Positions 17,375 through 27,287 of a DNA stretch of 64,000 bases are shown piece by piece. The position numbers and the translations under genes were made by a program. The DNA comes from Candidatus Campbellbacteria bacterium (GTDB taxonomy: Bacteria; Patescibacteriota; Minisyncoccia; Phycocordibacterales; UBA1006): NCBI GenBank assembly GCA_002698305.1, contig NZWR01000004.1, positions 4,347 to 68,346 of the forward strand, written 5' to 3'. Under the pieces are notes generated by a model, which was not told where the DNA came from, made no database searches, and was given only the letters and a program-made list of their open reading frames with translations. The stretch's first letter is position 1; each line of letters begins with the position of its first letter.

Positions 17375-18694
17375 TTAGTTGTTTAAGGTCTGGTTAATTG
17401 AATTTTCTAGTACATCGTTAAGTGCGGTGTGTGTTCTTCGTACCGCTTCATTAGTGGTAAGTGCAGACGCATTGACGTTTCGCACTAGTGTTCGTAGTAA
17501 TGATTCAGTTTGATTACGCTCAGGATCAATCCAACCATCAGATATAATTGCCGAATTGTATACCAGCGTTCCGAAAGTATCATCAGGTTTCACTCGCAAG
17601 AGTGATTTATGAGCAGGTGCCATCAGCATAGCGTCAGCTATTTTCCCAGCTACCTCAGGACCAGCAATGAGCGCAGAAACCGTCGCTGCTCCTATAGGAT
17701 TTTGTGTCTGCTTACTCATTGCAATACCAATCATTGACCCATGGGTTCGTTTTATGGTTGTGTCTCTAATTTGTGGAAACAGTTCAATACCAAAATCAAG
17801 GTTTGGATTTTTCTTCCTGATTTCTTCTACCTCGCTTGCCTTTCCAAAATAGATAGCAAGTTCTCCAGCGATAAATTTATTTTTTGAATCAATAAGAGCC
17901 TCGTTCCATGAATAAGTATTACTACTGAAATCTGCAAACGATGTGTAGAAATCAATAGCCTGGACGGTTTTATTAGTGAGTCCTTCATCCAAAGCTAAGA
18001 CTGATTGATATGTATCATTAATAGGATTAATGCCTACCATCGGGTTATCATTTTGCAATATTAATGCGGTAATAATCTCTTTAGCGTTTTCAATATTATC
18101 AAAGGTTCCCATGGCAACAGCACTAATAGCAACATCTCCTGACCCTGAGGCATCAGTTATTTGGGGTGCGAAATCAATCATTTCATCCCAATACTGAGGG
18201 ACGTCTAAAATAAATGACGAGTTAATCAATGATTTGTTGTAGTACATAATAATCGGATCAACCACCATAGGAACTGCTAAAATACCGGTGTCAGTTAAAA
18301 ATAGCTTTGATTGATTAATATATGTAGATTCATATTGAGCTTTGGGGAAATTAGCATACGGTACCTCAAAAATTTTATCTTTGTGCCTCAGAATATTTTC
18401 GTGTGGCATTAAAAATAAATCTGGACCACTTCCTGCAGCAAATGCATTGATGAGTTCAGACTCATAGGTTGACTCATCTTTTTCTTCATAACTAATTCGT
18501 AGGTCTTGATTTCTTAAAGAGTCAATTTGTGGAAGCATCACAGATGATGGTACCGTTCCCCATATCTCAACACTTCCTCGCGCAACAGAGGTATCTTCAG
18601 AAAGTTTAATCGCCCCAGAGAAAATCAAAAAAGCGATTATTGCCGCAACGGCAAAAATTCCGATTATGATGTTTTTTATTCCTATATCTTTCAT
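17375..18694 (-). CDS. Extracellular solute-binding protein (ABC family-1 type), TM-anchored, orphan
   Basis: 439 aa with an N-terminal TM helix. GSVEIWGTVP..AFAAGSGPDLFLMPHE is typical of sugar-type SBPs. No permease or ATPase is adjacent. Confidence 0.6.
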   Translation of the reverse strand: MKDIGIKNIIIGIFAVAAIIAFLIFSGAIKLSEDTSVARGSVEIWGTVPSSVMLPQIDSLRNQDLRISYEEKDESTYESELINAFAAGSGPDLFLMPHENILRHKDKIFEVPYANFPKAQYESTYINQSKLFLTDTGILAVPMVVDPIIMYYNKSLINSSFILDVPQYWDEMIDFAPQITDASGSGDVAISAVAMGTFDNIENAKEIITALILQNDNPMVGINPINDTYQSVLALDEGLTNKTVQAIDFYTSFADFSSNTYSWNEALIDSKNKFIAGELAIYFGKASEVEEIRKKNPNLDFGIELFPQIRDTTIKRTHGSMIGIAMSKQTQNPIGAATVSALIAGPEVAGKIADAMLMAPAHKSLLRVKPDDTFGTLVYNSAIISDGWIDPERNQTESLLRTLVRNVNASALTTNEAVRRTHTALNDVLENSINQTLNN

Positions 18695-18704
18695 AATGTA
18701 TGTT

Positions 18705-19244
18705 TTACGCTTTCTTAAAAATTAAACCAAAATGATGTTCGCCAGCATCGATATTCTTAACGAATTCAAATCCTTTTTTTTGTGCCATCTCTTTTACCTG
18801 ATCAGTGTTCATAATCTCTGATTCTTTGGGCCCAATGTTTCCAAATGAATCTGACCAATCTACTACCAAACACAAAGCTTCTGGTTTGAGCACTCGATAC
18901 GCTTCATGTATAACTGCCGCTGGATCATCTGTTTGAAATAACATGTTCGCGATACACACCATATCAATAGAGTCATCTCGCAACTGAGAACCTTTGTCAG
19001 ACTCCAAATCTGACCATACCGTATGGACAACTTCATGTTTTTGTTCAGGGAGATCTCCGTGCAGAGATTCTAATAATTCCTTTTGGACATCAATTGCATA
19101 TACCCGCCCACTTCTATTAGACGATAAACTTTCTACGAGAGCTTTGGTATAGGCACCTGAACCCGCTCCAAAATCAGCAACGTGATAGTGTGCATCAATC
19201 GGTAGACTTTCAATAATTTTTTTAGGGTCTGAGAATGTATTCAT
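18705..19244 (-). CDS. Class I SAM-dependent methyltransferase
   Basis: 179 aa, motif I VADFGAGSGAYT. Post-I and motif II are spaced as in class I methyltransferases. Confidence 0.7.
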   Translation of the reverse strand: MNTFSDPKKIIESLPIDAHYHVADFGAGSGAYTKALVESLSSNRSGRVYAIDVQKELLESLHGDLPEQKHEVVHTVWSDLESDKGSQLRDDSIDMVCIANMLFQTDDPAAVIHEAYRVLKPEALCLVVDWSDSFGNIGPKESEIMNTDQVKEMAQKKGFEFVKNIDAGEHHFGLIFKKA

Positions 19245-19298
19245 AGATTAATCTAAGTATATCAAACCTTTATACAAAAAAACACACGTGAGTGTGTT

Positions 19299-21746
19299 TT
19301 AGATAATCGTAAGTGAAGCAACAGAATCACCATCACGTAACTTCATAACCCTGACTCCTTGTGTTGCTCTACCAAGTTTCGAAACTGAGTCTAGTGATGT
19401 TCGAATCACTTGTGATTGTTGTGACATAGCAAGAATCTCTGTTTGAGTGTCGACTATTTTTGCCCCGGCAATGCGACCTGTTTTATTGGTGACATTCAAG
19501 GTTTTAATTCCTGACCCTCCTCGGTTTTGATTTTTGTATTCACTAATTGCTGTACGTTTTCCGTATCCATTTTCGGTAAGTACCAATAAATCAGCTGATT
19601 CGAGCGTATGGGAAATAATTCCTAATCCAACAACCTCGTCATCCTTTTTAAGCTTAATTCCTCTTACCCCTCCAGCAGTTCGTCCCATCGTTCTAAAATC
19701 TGAAACATGTGAACGAATTGATTGGCCATCTCTGGTAACTAATATTGATTCATCTTTTTCATGAACAAGACGTACTGACCATAGTTCGTCATCTGCTTTC
19801 AGATTAATTGCAATCAGTCCATTTGAGCGGACATTTTTGAATGCCTCAGCTTCAACACGTTTTACAACTCCTTTTTTGGTTGCAAACAACAAAGTCAAAT
19901 CATGTAGTTCTTTATCTTTTGGTATTGAAAGGATTGAGGTGATTTTCTCTTCTCCTTCAAGTGGTAAGAAATTCTTGATTGATTTTCCTTTTGTTGAGCG
20001 TCGCCCTTCTGGCAAGTCATACATTTTTGTTTGATATACTTTTCCAGCGTCAGAGAAGAACAGCATGTCACTGTGAGAATTTGCAATTACAAAATGAGTG
20101 ACAATATCGTCATCTTTAGTATCTAGATCAATGACTCCTACCCCACCTCGTTTTTGAGATTTGTATTCAGTTGGGTCAGTTCGCTTGATGTATCCGTTTT
20201 CTGTGTACACCATTGCAAATTCTTTTTGCGGAATAAGGTCCTCATCCTTGATTGAATTAACAGCACCTTCAACAATTCGTGTACGTCTTTCGTCTGCATA
20301 CCTCTCTTTGATTTCAAGAAGCTCGTCTTTAATAACCGCAAGCATTTTAGGAACGCTTTTAAGCAAGGATTTCAACTCTTTAATATATTTTAGAATCTCC
20401 TTTAATTCATCTTCAATTTTCTTGCGTTCAAGACCTGCCAGTTTCTGTAATTTCATATCTAGAATTGCCTGAGCTTGAATTTCAGAAAACTTGAACTTCT
20501 TCATAAGGTTTGTCTTGGCTGTCTTTGAATCCTTTGATTTTTTAATCAGTGCGATTACCTCATCAATATGATCAAGAGCAGTATTTAATCCTTCTAAGAT
20601 ATGTGCTCTCGCCTCTGCTTTTTTTAAATCATATTCGGTACGCCGCCTGACGACCTCTTGTCTATGAGTAATAAAATGTTCAAGAATATCTTTAAGACCG
20701 AGGGTCTGCGGAACTCCATCAACCAGACACACAACGTTAAAGTTAAAGTTCTCTTGTAGTTGAGTATGCTTGTAGATATAGTTCAAAACACGCCTAGGTT
20801 GTGCTGATGATTTTAAGTCAATCACGACACGAATATCTTTAGTAGATTCATCTCGAAGTCCTTTAATTCCTTTAATTTTTTTGTCACGGACTAAGTCTGC
20901 GATTTTAACAATAAGATTTTGTTTATTTACACGGAACGGAATAGAACTAATGATAATCTGGTGTCCGCCTTTTTTTGTTTCAATAATTTCAGCTTCACCA
21001 CGTGTTACAACCCGGCCACGACCACTTGCGTAGGCATTTTTAATATCTTCAACATTATAAGCAATTCCTCCAAGCGGAAAATCAGGCCCCTTTACATGCT
21101 CAAGAAGATCATCAACGGTCGACTTTGGATCATCAATAAGAGCAACAGTAGCGTCAATAACTTCTCCTAGGTTGTGCGGGGGAATATTTGTCGCCATTCC
21201 GACTGCAATACCAAGTCCACCATTAAGAAGCAAGGTTGGAATTGCTGTTGGTAGTACCGTTGGTTCTTGCTGAGAGTCATCGTAGTTAGGGATAAAATTA
21301 ACCGTATCCTTTTCAATATCACGCAGCATTTCCCCTGTTATTTTTTGCATTTTAGCTTCGGTATAACGCATTGCCGCAGGACTATCTCCATCAATTGACC
21401 CAAAGTTTCCTTGTCCCCATACCATTGGGTAACGCGTTGAAAAATCTTGTGCAAGGTTTACCATTGCATCATATACAGACGTATCTCCGTGTGGGTGATA
21501 TTTACCAAGCACCTCTCCTACAACCGTTGCTGATTTTCGGAAACGTGATGATGCTGAAAGATTTAAATCATTCATGGCATAGAGAATACGCCTGTGCACC
21601 GGCTTCAAGCCGTCGCGAACATCAGGTAGTGCACGCGAAGTAATTACACTCATTGCATATGCAATGAAGGACTCTTTCATTTCTGAGGTAATACTCATTG
21701 GTACAATATTTGATCTTTTTGTGTTGTTTGTATCGTTTTCTGCCAT
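19299..21746 (-). CDS. gyrA: DNA gyrase subunit A
   Basis: 815 aa. [34 protein letters not shown], and C-terminal beta-pinwheel repeats. Confidence 0.95.
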   Translation of the reverse strand: MAENDTNNTKRSNIVPMSITSEMKESFIAYAMSVITSRALPDVRDGLKPVHRRILYAMNDLNLSASSRFRKSATVVGEVLGKYHPHGDTSVYDAMVNLAQDFSTRYPMVWGQGNFGSIDGDSPAAMRYTEAKMQKITGEMLRDIEKDTVNFIPNYDDSQQEPTVLPTAIPTLLLNGGLGIAVGMATNIPPHNLGEVIDATVALIDDPKSTVDDLLEHVKGPDFPLGGIAYNVEDIKNAYASGRGRVVTRGEAEIIETKKGGHQIIISSIPFRVNKQNLIVKIADLVRDKKIKGIKGLRDESTKDIRVVIDLKSSAQPRRVLNYIYKHTQLQENFNFNVVCLVDGVPQTLGLKDILEHFITHRQEVVRRRTEYDLKKAEARAHILEGLNTALDHIDEVIALIKKSKDSKTAKTNLMKKFKFSEIQAQAILDMKLQKLAGLERKKIEDELKEILKYIKELKSLLKSVPKMLAVIKDELLEIKERYADERRTRIVEGAVNSIKDEDLIPQKEFAMVYTENGYIKRTDPTEYKSQKRGGVGVIDLDTKDDDIVTHFVIANSHSDMLFFSDAGKVYQTKMYDLPEGRRSTKGKSIKNFLPLEGEEKITSILSIPKDKELHDLTLLFATKKGVVKRVEAEAFKNVRSNGLIAINLKADDELWSVRLVHEKDESILVTRDGQSIRSHVSDFRTMGRTAGGVRGIKLKKDDEVVGLGIISHTLESADLLVLTENGYGKRTAISEYKNQNRGGSGIKTLNVTNKTGRIAGAKIVDTQTEILAMSQQSQVIRTSLDSVSKLGRATQGVRVMKLRDGDSVASLTII

Positions 21747-21747
21747 A

Positions 21748-22092
21748 TTAATTTTGTTCTTCGTTATCTGCTTCTGCTTCTGCTTCTGCTTCTGCTTCTG
21801 CTTCTGCTTCTGCTTCTGCTTCTGCTTCTGCTTCTGCTAATTCTGAATCTTCAACTTCATAATTTGGAAATTCAATGTTGTTAAATTCTTCAGAGCTTTT
21901 TGAAAATATTTCACCCAATCCATCAATTAAGGATGGATTATTTGCATTAGTAGCTGGCTCGCCTGCAAAAACTATCCTTAACAAAATATACACAACGACA
22001 ATAATACCAATAACAATAAATGCCATTATCTTTGCCATATGCTTCTTTTTTTCAGGATGAGCTTCACGAGCCTTATCTAAAATCTTTTTCAT
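21748..22092 (-). CDS. Hypothetical single-pass membrane protein with an (EA)n tail
   Basis: 114 aa with one TM helix and a C-terminal AEAEAEA.. tract. Its stop lies 1 nt before the gyrA ATG. Confidence 0.5.
   Translation of the reverse strand: MKKILDKAREAHPEKKKHMAKIMAFIVIGIIVVVYILLRIVFAGEPATNANNPSLIDGLGEIFSKSSEEFNNIEFPNYEVEDSELAEAEAEAEAEAEAEAEAEAEAEADNEEQN
21767..21838. repeat. Hexanucleotide microsatellite (TCTGCT)x12, in-frame
   Basis: 72 nt of perfect tctgct units, encoding the 23-residue alternating Ala/Glu tract. Confidence 0.95.
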
Positions 22093-22095
22093 ATC

Positions 22096-22734
22096 TTATT
22101 GAGCCTCTAGAATCACCACATGGCTGGTTAAGGTATCGAGGTCACTTTTCTTGAACACATATTTTTCAATAGGCGCTGGTGACGAAGACATTTCTTTTTT
22201 AAAGACCTCTAATGTAGCTGGATCGCGGTCTTTTCCATAATCCATTGGTATAATAATTTTTGGTGAGAAAAATTTTAAAACCTTGGCTGCCTCTTGAGGG
22301 CTTAATGTCCCCTCTCCACCAATTGGTACAAAAATAACATCAACTGACTCTATATGTTCTTTTGTTTTTTGATCAATATCTGGGGAATGGAGGTCGCCTA
22401 TAAAACAAAAACTGATACCTTCTGCTTTAAAAAAATAAATAGTGTTTAAATATTCTTTTCCGTCAATCAGTGCTTTTGATCCATGCCCGACGTAAGTATT
22501 ATCTTTCACTTCATAGTTTCCTGGACCATAAATTTTAAATGGCTCATTGCCATTATATTCGGTCATATCAAACCCATCATAGTTAGGATGACGAACGCTA
22601 CATAAGGTTACATCTGCGCCAAATTTTGTTGTTGGCAATCCTGCAGGATTATCTTTTGCAAGTGGATTAACTGCAATAGTTAAATCACCTTGCTGAATCT
22701 TAAAAAATTGCTTTCCGTGGTATGTAATTATCAT
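22096..22734 (-). CDS. MBL-fold metal-dependent hydrolase (UPF0173-like)
   Basis: 212 aa, MIITYHGKQFFKIQQGDLTIAVNP. His/Asp-rich motifs are spaced as in small beta-lactamase-fold hydrolases. Confidence 0.6.
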   Translation of the reverse strand: MIITYHGKQFFKIQQGDLTIAVNPLAKDNPAGLPTTKFGADVTLCSVRHPNYDGFDMTEYNGNEPFKIYGPGNYEVKDNTYVGHGSKALIDGKEYLNTIYFFKAEGISFCFIGDLHSPDIDQKTKEHIESVDVIFVPIGGEGTLSPQEAAKVLKFFSPKIIIPMDYGKDRDPATLEVFKKEMSSSPAPIEKYVFKKSDLDTLTSHVVILEAQ

Positions 22735-23108
22735 GCTACTAGTATATCACAAAGGGTCTAGAATCCCTTATTTTTTCCGCTGAAATAAAAACTCATTAAT
22801 ATGCTCAAAATAGAGCCATTCTAGGCGATTGTAGAGGTTTAGTAGTATAAAATTTACCTAAAATCTAAAAAATACAGCTTTGTGCCTTATTTTAAGTCCT
22901 GAAATTAACATCTTAGATAAAATCCATTACCTATAAAGCAAATATTTTATTTGCATTCACAGTAAATATCCGTAATATGAATATCAACCTAATATTATTA
23001 GCGGTTTAAACGTAACCCTTCCCTTTCGCATTATGATAGAGACAGATAAAGGAAAGAGCGTTTAACTATTTAGGAACACCGCGACTTTTTAGTTGCGGAA
23101 TTTATATT

Positions 23109-24185
23109 ATGGAAAATGAAAATCTAAACACTCCTCTAGGGAAAATTCTTTCTCAAGAAGAGCATGTTACACCTGAAGTCGGAGAACTGATCGAAGGAAA
23201 CGTTATCAGCATTCAAGGAACACAAGTTTTTGTAGACCTGCACCCACACGGAACAGGAATTATCTACGGAAAAGAGTATTTGACCGCTCGGGATATGATT
23301 CGAGCACTTAATGCTGGCGACACCATCAAGGCAAAAATCGTAGAACTTGAAAATGAAGATGGCTACATCGAATTATCTCTCAAAGAAGCAAAACAAGCTC
23401 TTGCTTGGGGAGAAGCTGAAGAAGCAATCAAAGAAGGAACAACACTTGAAATTATTGTTAAAGAAGCTAACAAAGGAGGGCTTATGCTTGACTGGAATGG
23501 TATTTCTGGATTCCTTCCAGCATCTCAATTAAATGCTGAGCACTACCCACGAGTAGAGTCAGGTGATAAAGATGCTATTGTTAACCAATTAAAAAAATTA
23601 GTTGGTCAAAAACTATCAGTTAACGTATTGTCACTGAATCCAAAAGAAGGAAAACTTATTTTCTCTGAGAAAGGTGAAAAAGCTGGATCACGAGAGAAAT
23701 CGGTCCCATCTAAATACAGCGTTGGTGACGTCCTTGAATGTGAAGTTACTGGTATCGTAGATTTTGGAATCTTCTTGAAACTTGAAGAAGGTGTTGAAGG
23801 ATTAGTTCACATTTCTGAGCTGGACTGGTCGCTGGTTGATAACCCTCGAACATTGTACAAAGTTGGAGACACAGTAAAAGCAAAAATTATTGAAATTAAA
23901 GATGGGAAAATTTCATTCTCAATCAAAACGCTAACTGAAAACCCATGGACCACTGTTGAAGGTAAATATACCGTTGGTGATACGGTTAACGGTGCAGTTA
24001 TCAAGCACAATAAACACGGAGCTCTTGTTTCTATTGAACAAGGAGTTGCTGGACTGGTTCATATTTCAGAATTTGAATCAGAGAAAGACCTCAAATCAAC
24101 ACTTGGTCTTGGTCAATCATATGAATTTACCATCACCACTTTTGATCCAAAAGACGAAAAACTTACTCTTTCGTTCACTCAATAA
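23109..24185 (+). CDS. rpsA: 30S ribosomal protein S1 (four S1 domains)
   Basis: 358 aa. The S1 motifs (G.V..I...G.FV.L) repeat four times. Confidence 0.85.
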   Translation: MENENLNTPLGKILSQEEHVTPEVGELIEGNVISIQGTQVFVDLHPHGTGIIYGKEYLTARDMIRALNAGDTIKAKIVELENEDGYIELSLKEAKQALAWGEAEEAIKEGTTLEIIVKEANKGGLMLDWNGISGFLPASQLNAEHYPRVESGDKDAIVNQLKKLVGQKLSVNVLSLNPKEGKLIFSEKGEKAGSREKSVPSKYSVGDVLECEVTGIVDFGIFLKLEEGVEGLVHISELDWSLVDNPRTLYKVGDTVKAKIIEIKDGKISFSIKTLTENPWTTVEGKYTVGDTVNGAVIKHNKHGALVSIEQGVAGLVHISEFESEKDLKSTLGLGQSYEFTITTFDPKDEKLTLSFTQ

Positions 24186-24186
24186 T

Positions 24187-24211
24187 AAAAACACGACTAT
24201 GTCGTGTTTTT
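24187..24211. terminator. Bidirectional terminator (rpsA / convergent pseudogene)
   Basis: aaaaacacgac-tat-gtcgtgttttt. Confidence 0.7.
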
Positions 24212-24456
24212 ATTATTGTTAAATTGCGTATATATCTCATCAATATGTTTAGCTAATACTTTATCTGTATCAGTTATCATATTCCTTCATCGTGCGTTGT
24301 TAGCTGCACAGAAACTTTATTATACGTATTTGACCATGACGGATGATGATTCATTTCCTTAGCAAGCTGTGCAACCTGCTCCATAAATGACCACGCTTCA
24401 TTAAAATCTTTAAAGGTAAAATCTTGTATTAATGTATTGTTCTTCTCTCTCCACAT
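24197..24456 (-). pseudogene. Pterin-4a-carbinolamine dehydratase (PCD/DCoH-like) interrupted by a 1-nt frameshift
   Basis: Frame 1 (24456 to stop 24277-24279): [59 protein letters not shown]. The family C-terminus continues in another frame from 24283: [28 protein letters not shown] (stop 24197-24199). Confidence 0.7.
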
Positions 24457-24462
24457 ATATAA

Positions 24463-25014
24463 TTATTTTGTATTATGTATATTCATTGTCTTCTCTAAGC
24501 CATCGCTTGTGAGGCTTTTAATAATTCGCTCTACCTGAGGTGTGACTGTATCAGCTATAAATTGCCTCTCTTTGCTAGCAAAATTACTGAGAACATTCGG
24601 TTTTATCATTCTTCCGTCTTCTAGTAATCGCGATACTCCAATTCGAATTCTAATACTTTTTTTTGAGCCGAGGTGCTCGGTAATGGATTTAACCCCATTA
24701 TGACCTCCATCACCTCTGTCATAAGAAATACGAATCTGACCAAGAGGTAGATCAACGTCATCATAGATAACAAGTACCTGTTCAGGGTTTAATTTCTCTT
24801 CTTTTTTAAGAAAGGAGATGACTTCACCTGATTTGTTCATAAATGTCTGAGGCTTAATATAGAGCCCATCATGGCCAGTTTTTACTTCGGCATTCATGTA
24901 TTTATGAAAGGTCCACCCTTCAGGAAACAACGAATCGAGAATAATCCATGCTACATTATGAATATTCAAAGCGTATTTTTCTCCAGGATTTCCTAATCCG
25001 ATAATATACTTCAT
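24463..25014 (-). CDS. pth: Peptidyl-tRNA hydrolase
   Basis: MKYIIGLGNPGEKYALNIHNVAW, GHNG. The start is taken at the conserved MKYIIGLGNPG rather than the longer track ORF. Confidence 0.9.
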   Translation of the reverse strand: MKYIIGLGNPGEKYALNIHNVAWIILDSLFPEGWTFHKYMNAEVKTGHDGLYIKPQTFMNKSGEVISFLKKEEKLNPEQVLVIYDDVDLPLGQIRISYDRGDGGHNGVKSITEHLGSKKSIRIRIGVSRLLEDGRMIKPNVLSNFASKERQFIADTVTPQVERIIKSLTSDGLEKTMNIHNTK

Positions 25015-25058
25015 ACTATTGAGTATATATTTTAAAGGCAAATAAAAAAAGCATAAGG

Positions 25059-26390
25059 CTAAGTCACCTTATGCTTTAGTATTCTGCGATTTGAAATTTC
25101 GCTCTTTAATTGTGAAAGATAATCTACAAAATCATTCAAGTCACCTTGTGTCGTGTTTGGGTTAACAGCAACAAAGCGTAGAACAAATGTACCCTTCCAA
25201 TATCCTTTTGCAATTTTAAAATCTGATTCTTTTTCTATTCTATAAAAAATTTGCTCAGTTAGTTCACTGCTCGTTATCGTCTCGTTAGCTGAAACAATCT
25301 GTATACAAATATTAAGATAGTGTTTCTTGAGTATCTGAATATCTGCAGCTTTGGAAAAAATATCCTCAGCAGTCTCATAAATATCATATAAATGATTCAT
25401 AAGACCTGACAGACCATCAACACCTAGCTCCTTGTACATAAAATAAAAACCTAATGAACCGGCATCCCTCCCACATGATTGATTTGTGTTAATAAGATTA
25501 TACTCATCATATTCAGGACGCTCTTTGGCTATATAGGAAACATTACAATCATTCGCCTTTCGTAATAACTTAGGGCGAGTAGTCAAGAAATAGGCATTTG
25601 TAAGACCGGCTCCAAGAGCCTTATGGGCATCAAAGGTTAATGAATCAACATTACTCATTCCTTGAAAAAGGTTCTTTTTTTTACCAAAAACTGCAGCTCC
25701 TCCCCATGAGGCATCGACGTGATGGTAAATATTACGTCCTTGTATGCATTGATTTATTTCTTGAACATTATCAAACTGGCCACCGATAGTAGCACCTGCG
25801 GTTGAAAAAATAGCAACTACATTCACGTTTTCAGCCTCACTTTCATCAAGAACTTGTTGTATATGTCTTATGGACATTTGACCCTGATGATCTGTTTTTA
25901 TTTTTACCATTGACGAAACTCCCAAGCTCATAAATAGAGCACTTTTGGTTATTGAATAGTGACTGTTCTCTGAAACAAGTATTTTTACGGGTTTTGTTTG
26001 AATCCCTGTTGTCAAAAAATCTGGAAATCTTTTAGTCAAGGCCATAAAAATCGCCATTGCATTTGCATAACTTCCTCCAGGAACAACAGTGCCTCCACCA
26101 ATCATGCCAAATTGATTAAGGAGCATAGAAATAATATTTTTCTCTATCACTGCTAGGGCAGGAAAAGCACTAAGAGTATTTCCTGCCGCATTTAGCTCAA
26201 CAGCTTTTATTCTTCCTTTACGTGCAGCTGGATGTATCTGTGAATATAATCTGCCGAAATTTTTCCCATCAGAATTGTTTGGTGTCGTTAGATCTAAATA
26301 ATCACAGAGCTTATCAAGCGTCTGTATGTTCTTAAGATCATAATCAATCTCTTCTGGTTTCTTTTGAGTAAATAAATTTTTACTTTGCAT
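25059..26390 (-). CDS. PLP-dependent group II amino-acid decarboxylase
   Basis: 443 aa. HVDASWGGA and SLTFDAHKALG (PLP-lysine motif). Substrate not assignable. Confidence 0.65.
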   Translation of the reverse strand: MQSKNLFTQKKPEEIDYDLKNIQTLDKLCDYLDLTTPNNSDGKNFGRLYSQIHPAARKGRIKAVELNAAGNTLSAFPALAVIEKNIISMLLNQFGMIGGGTVVPGGSYANAMAIFMALTKRFPDFLTTGIQTKPVKILVSENSHYSITKSALFMSLGVSSMVKIKTDHQGQMSIRHIQQVLDESEAENVNVVAIFSTAGATIGGQFDNVQEINQCIQGRNIYHHVDASWGGAAVFGKKKNLFQGMSNVDSLTFDAHKALGAGLTNAYFLTTRPKLLRKANDCNVSYIAKERPEYDEYNLINTNQSCGRDAGSLGFYFMYKELGVDGLSGLMNHLYDIYETAEDIFSKAADIQILKKHYLNICIQIVSANETITSSELTEQIFYRIEKESDFKIAKGYWKGTFVLRFVAVNPNTTQGDLNDFVDYLSQLKSEISNRRILKHKVT

Positions 26391-26451
26391 AATTTATTTT
26401 TTAAGTGTTTGTGTGTAGATTATCATTGATAATAAAAAAACCAACCCGAGG

Positions 26452-26976
26452 TTAGTTTTCTTCTAAAAATGTGACCATTCCCTGAAGTGTGTTAGGTCCA
26501 ACACGACCATCACCCCCATTAAGCTCTTCTTGTTGGAATTCCTGAACAAGATTTTTTGTTCCCGGACCAAAATCACCATCAATTGTTATGTCTTGATCAT
26601 GATAAATCGCTAAAAATTCTTGAACTGTTCGTACAGCCTCACCGCTTGATCCGTTATTAAGCATTGTTTCTGAATCAGCCAAGTCATTCAATCGATCAAT
26701 CAGATCAGACGTATCCAATGTATTATCATCTTCTGAAGGAACGTCATTGTTCTCATCATTACTTTCATCAGGAATATCTGTAGTATCACTCGTATCTACT
26801 ACTGGTGGTTCAGTAACATCATCAACAGGTAGTTGATTTCCTTCATCTATTATTGCAACCCTATCTTCACGTTCATAGCTCATGCCAGAATCAAGGTTAG
26901 TAAATGCCCAATACGCTCCAAATCCAAGAAGCAAAAGAAAAATCAACTGAGTAATTTGGTATTTAAATTCATTCAT
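26452..26976 (-). CDS. Membrane-anchored protein with a C-terminal peptidoglycan-binding (PG_binding_1-like) domain
   Basis: N-terminal TM helix, acidic D/E/T-rich linker, then GSSGEAVRTVQEFL..IDGDFGPGTKNLVQEFQ. Confidence 0.6.
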   Translation of the reverse strand: MNEFKYQITQLIFLLLLGFGAYWAFTNLDSGMSYEREDRVAIIDEGNQLPVDDVTEPPVVDTSDTTDIPDESNDENNDVPSEDDNTLDTSDLIDRLNDLADSETMLNNGSSGEAVRTVQEFLAIYHDQDITIDGDFGPGTKNLVQEFQQEELNGGDGRVGPNTLQGMVTFLEEN

Positions 26977-27051
26977 GCAGATAGTATACCAAAAAATGGT
27001 AGCACTCAAAACTCTTGGTTTTTCGGGAGCTTTTGATAGTATTGTGTGTAT

Positions 27052-27285
27052 ATGAATCTTATAGATATTTTACCGTACATTCAGATAGTACTTTCAATAC
27101 TTCTTGTTATTGTTATTTTACTTCAAAAATCTGACGAATCATTAGGTGGTGCTTTTGGAGGATCAGACTCAGTAGATACCGTTAAGACAACACGTCGCGG
27201 AAGTGAAAAAACACTTTTTAATACTGCGATTATTGTTGCAGTGCTCTTTACTATTGTTTCCATTATTGTCGTTATTACCAAGTAA
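27052..27285 (+). CDS. secG: Preprotein translocase subunit SecG
   Basis: MNLIDILPYIQIVLSILLVIVILLQKSDESLGGAFGG with a second TM helix. The track ORF begins at GTG 27046. The TAGTAT box at 27037-27042 favours ATG 27052. Confidence 0.8.
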   Translation: MNLIDILPYIQIVLSILLVIVILLQKSDESLGGAFGGSDSVDTVKTTRRGSEKTLFNTAIIVAVLFTIVSIIVVITK

Positions 27286-27287
27286 CT

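Noticed and set aside
21767-21838. Possible CRISPR-like or noncoding repeat array.
   Set aside because: The units are contiguous 6-mers with no spacers, and they lie in frame within a CDS. No CRISPR-type repeat-spacer architecture or cas gene occurs anywhere in the window.
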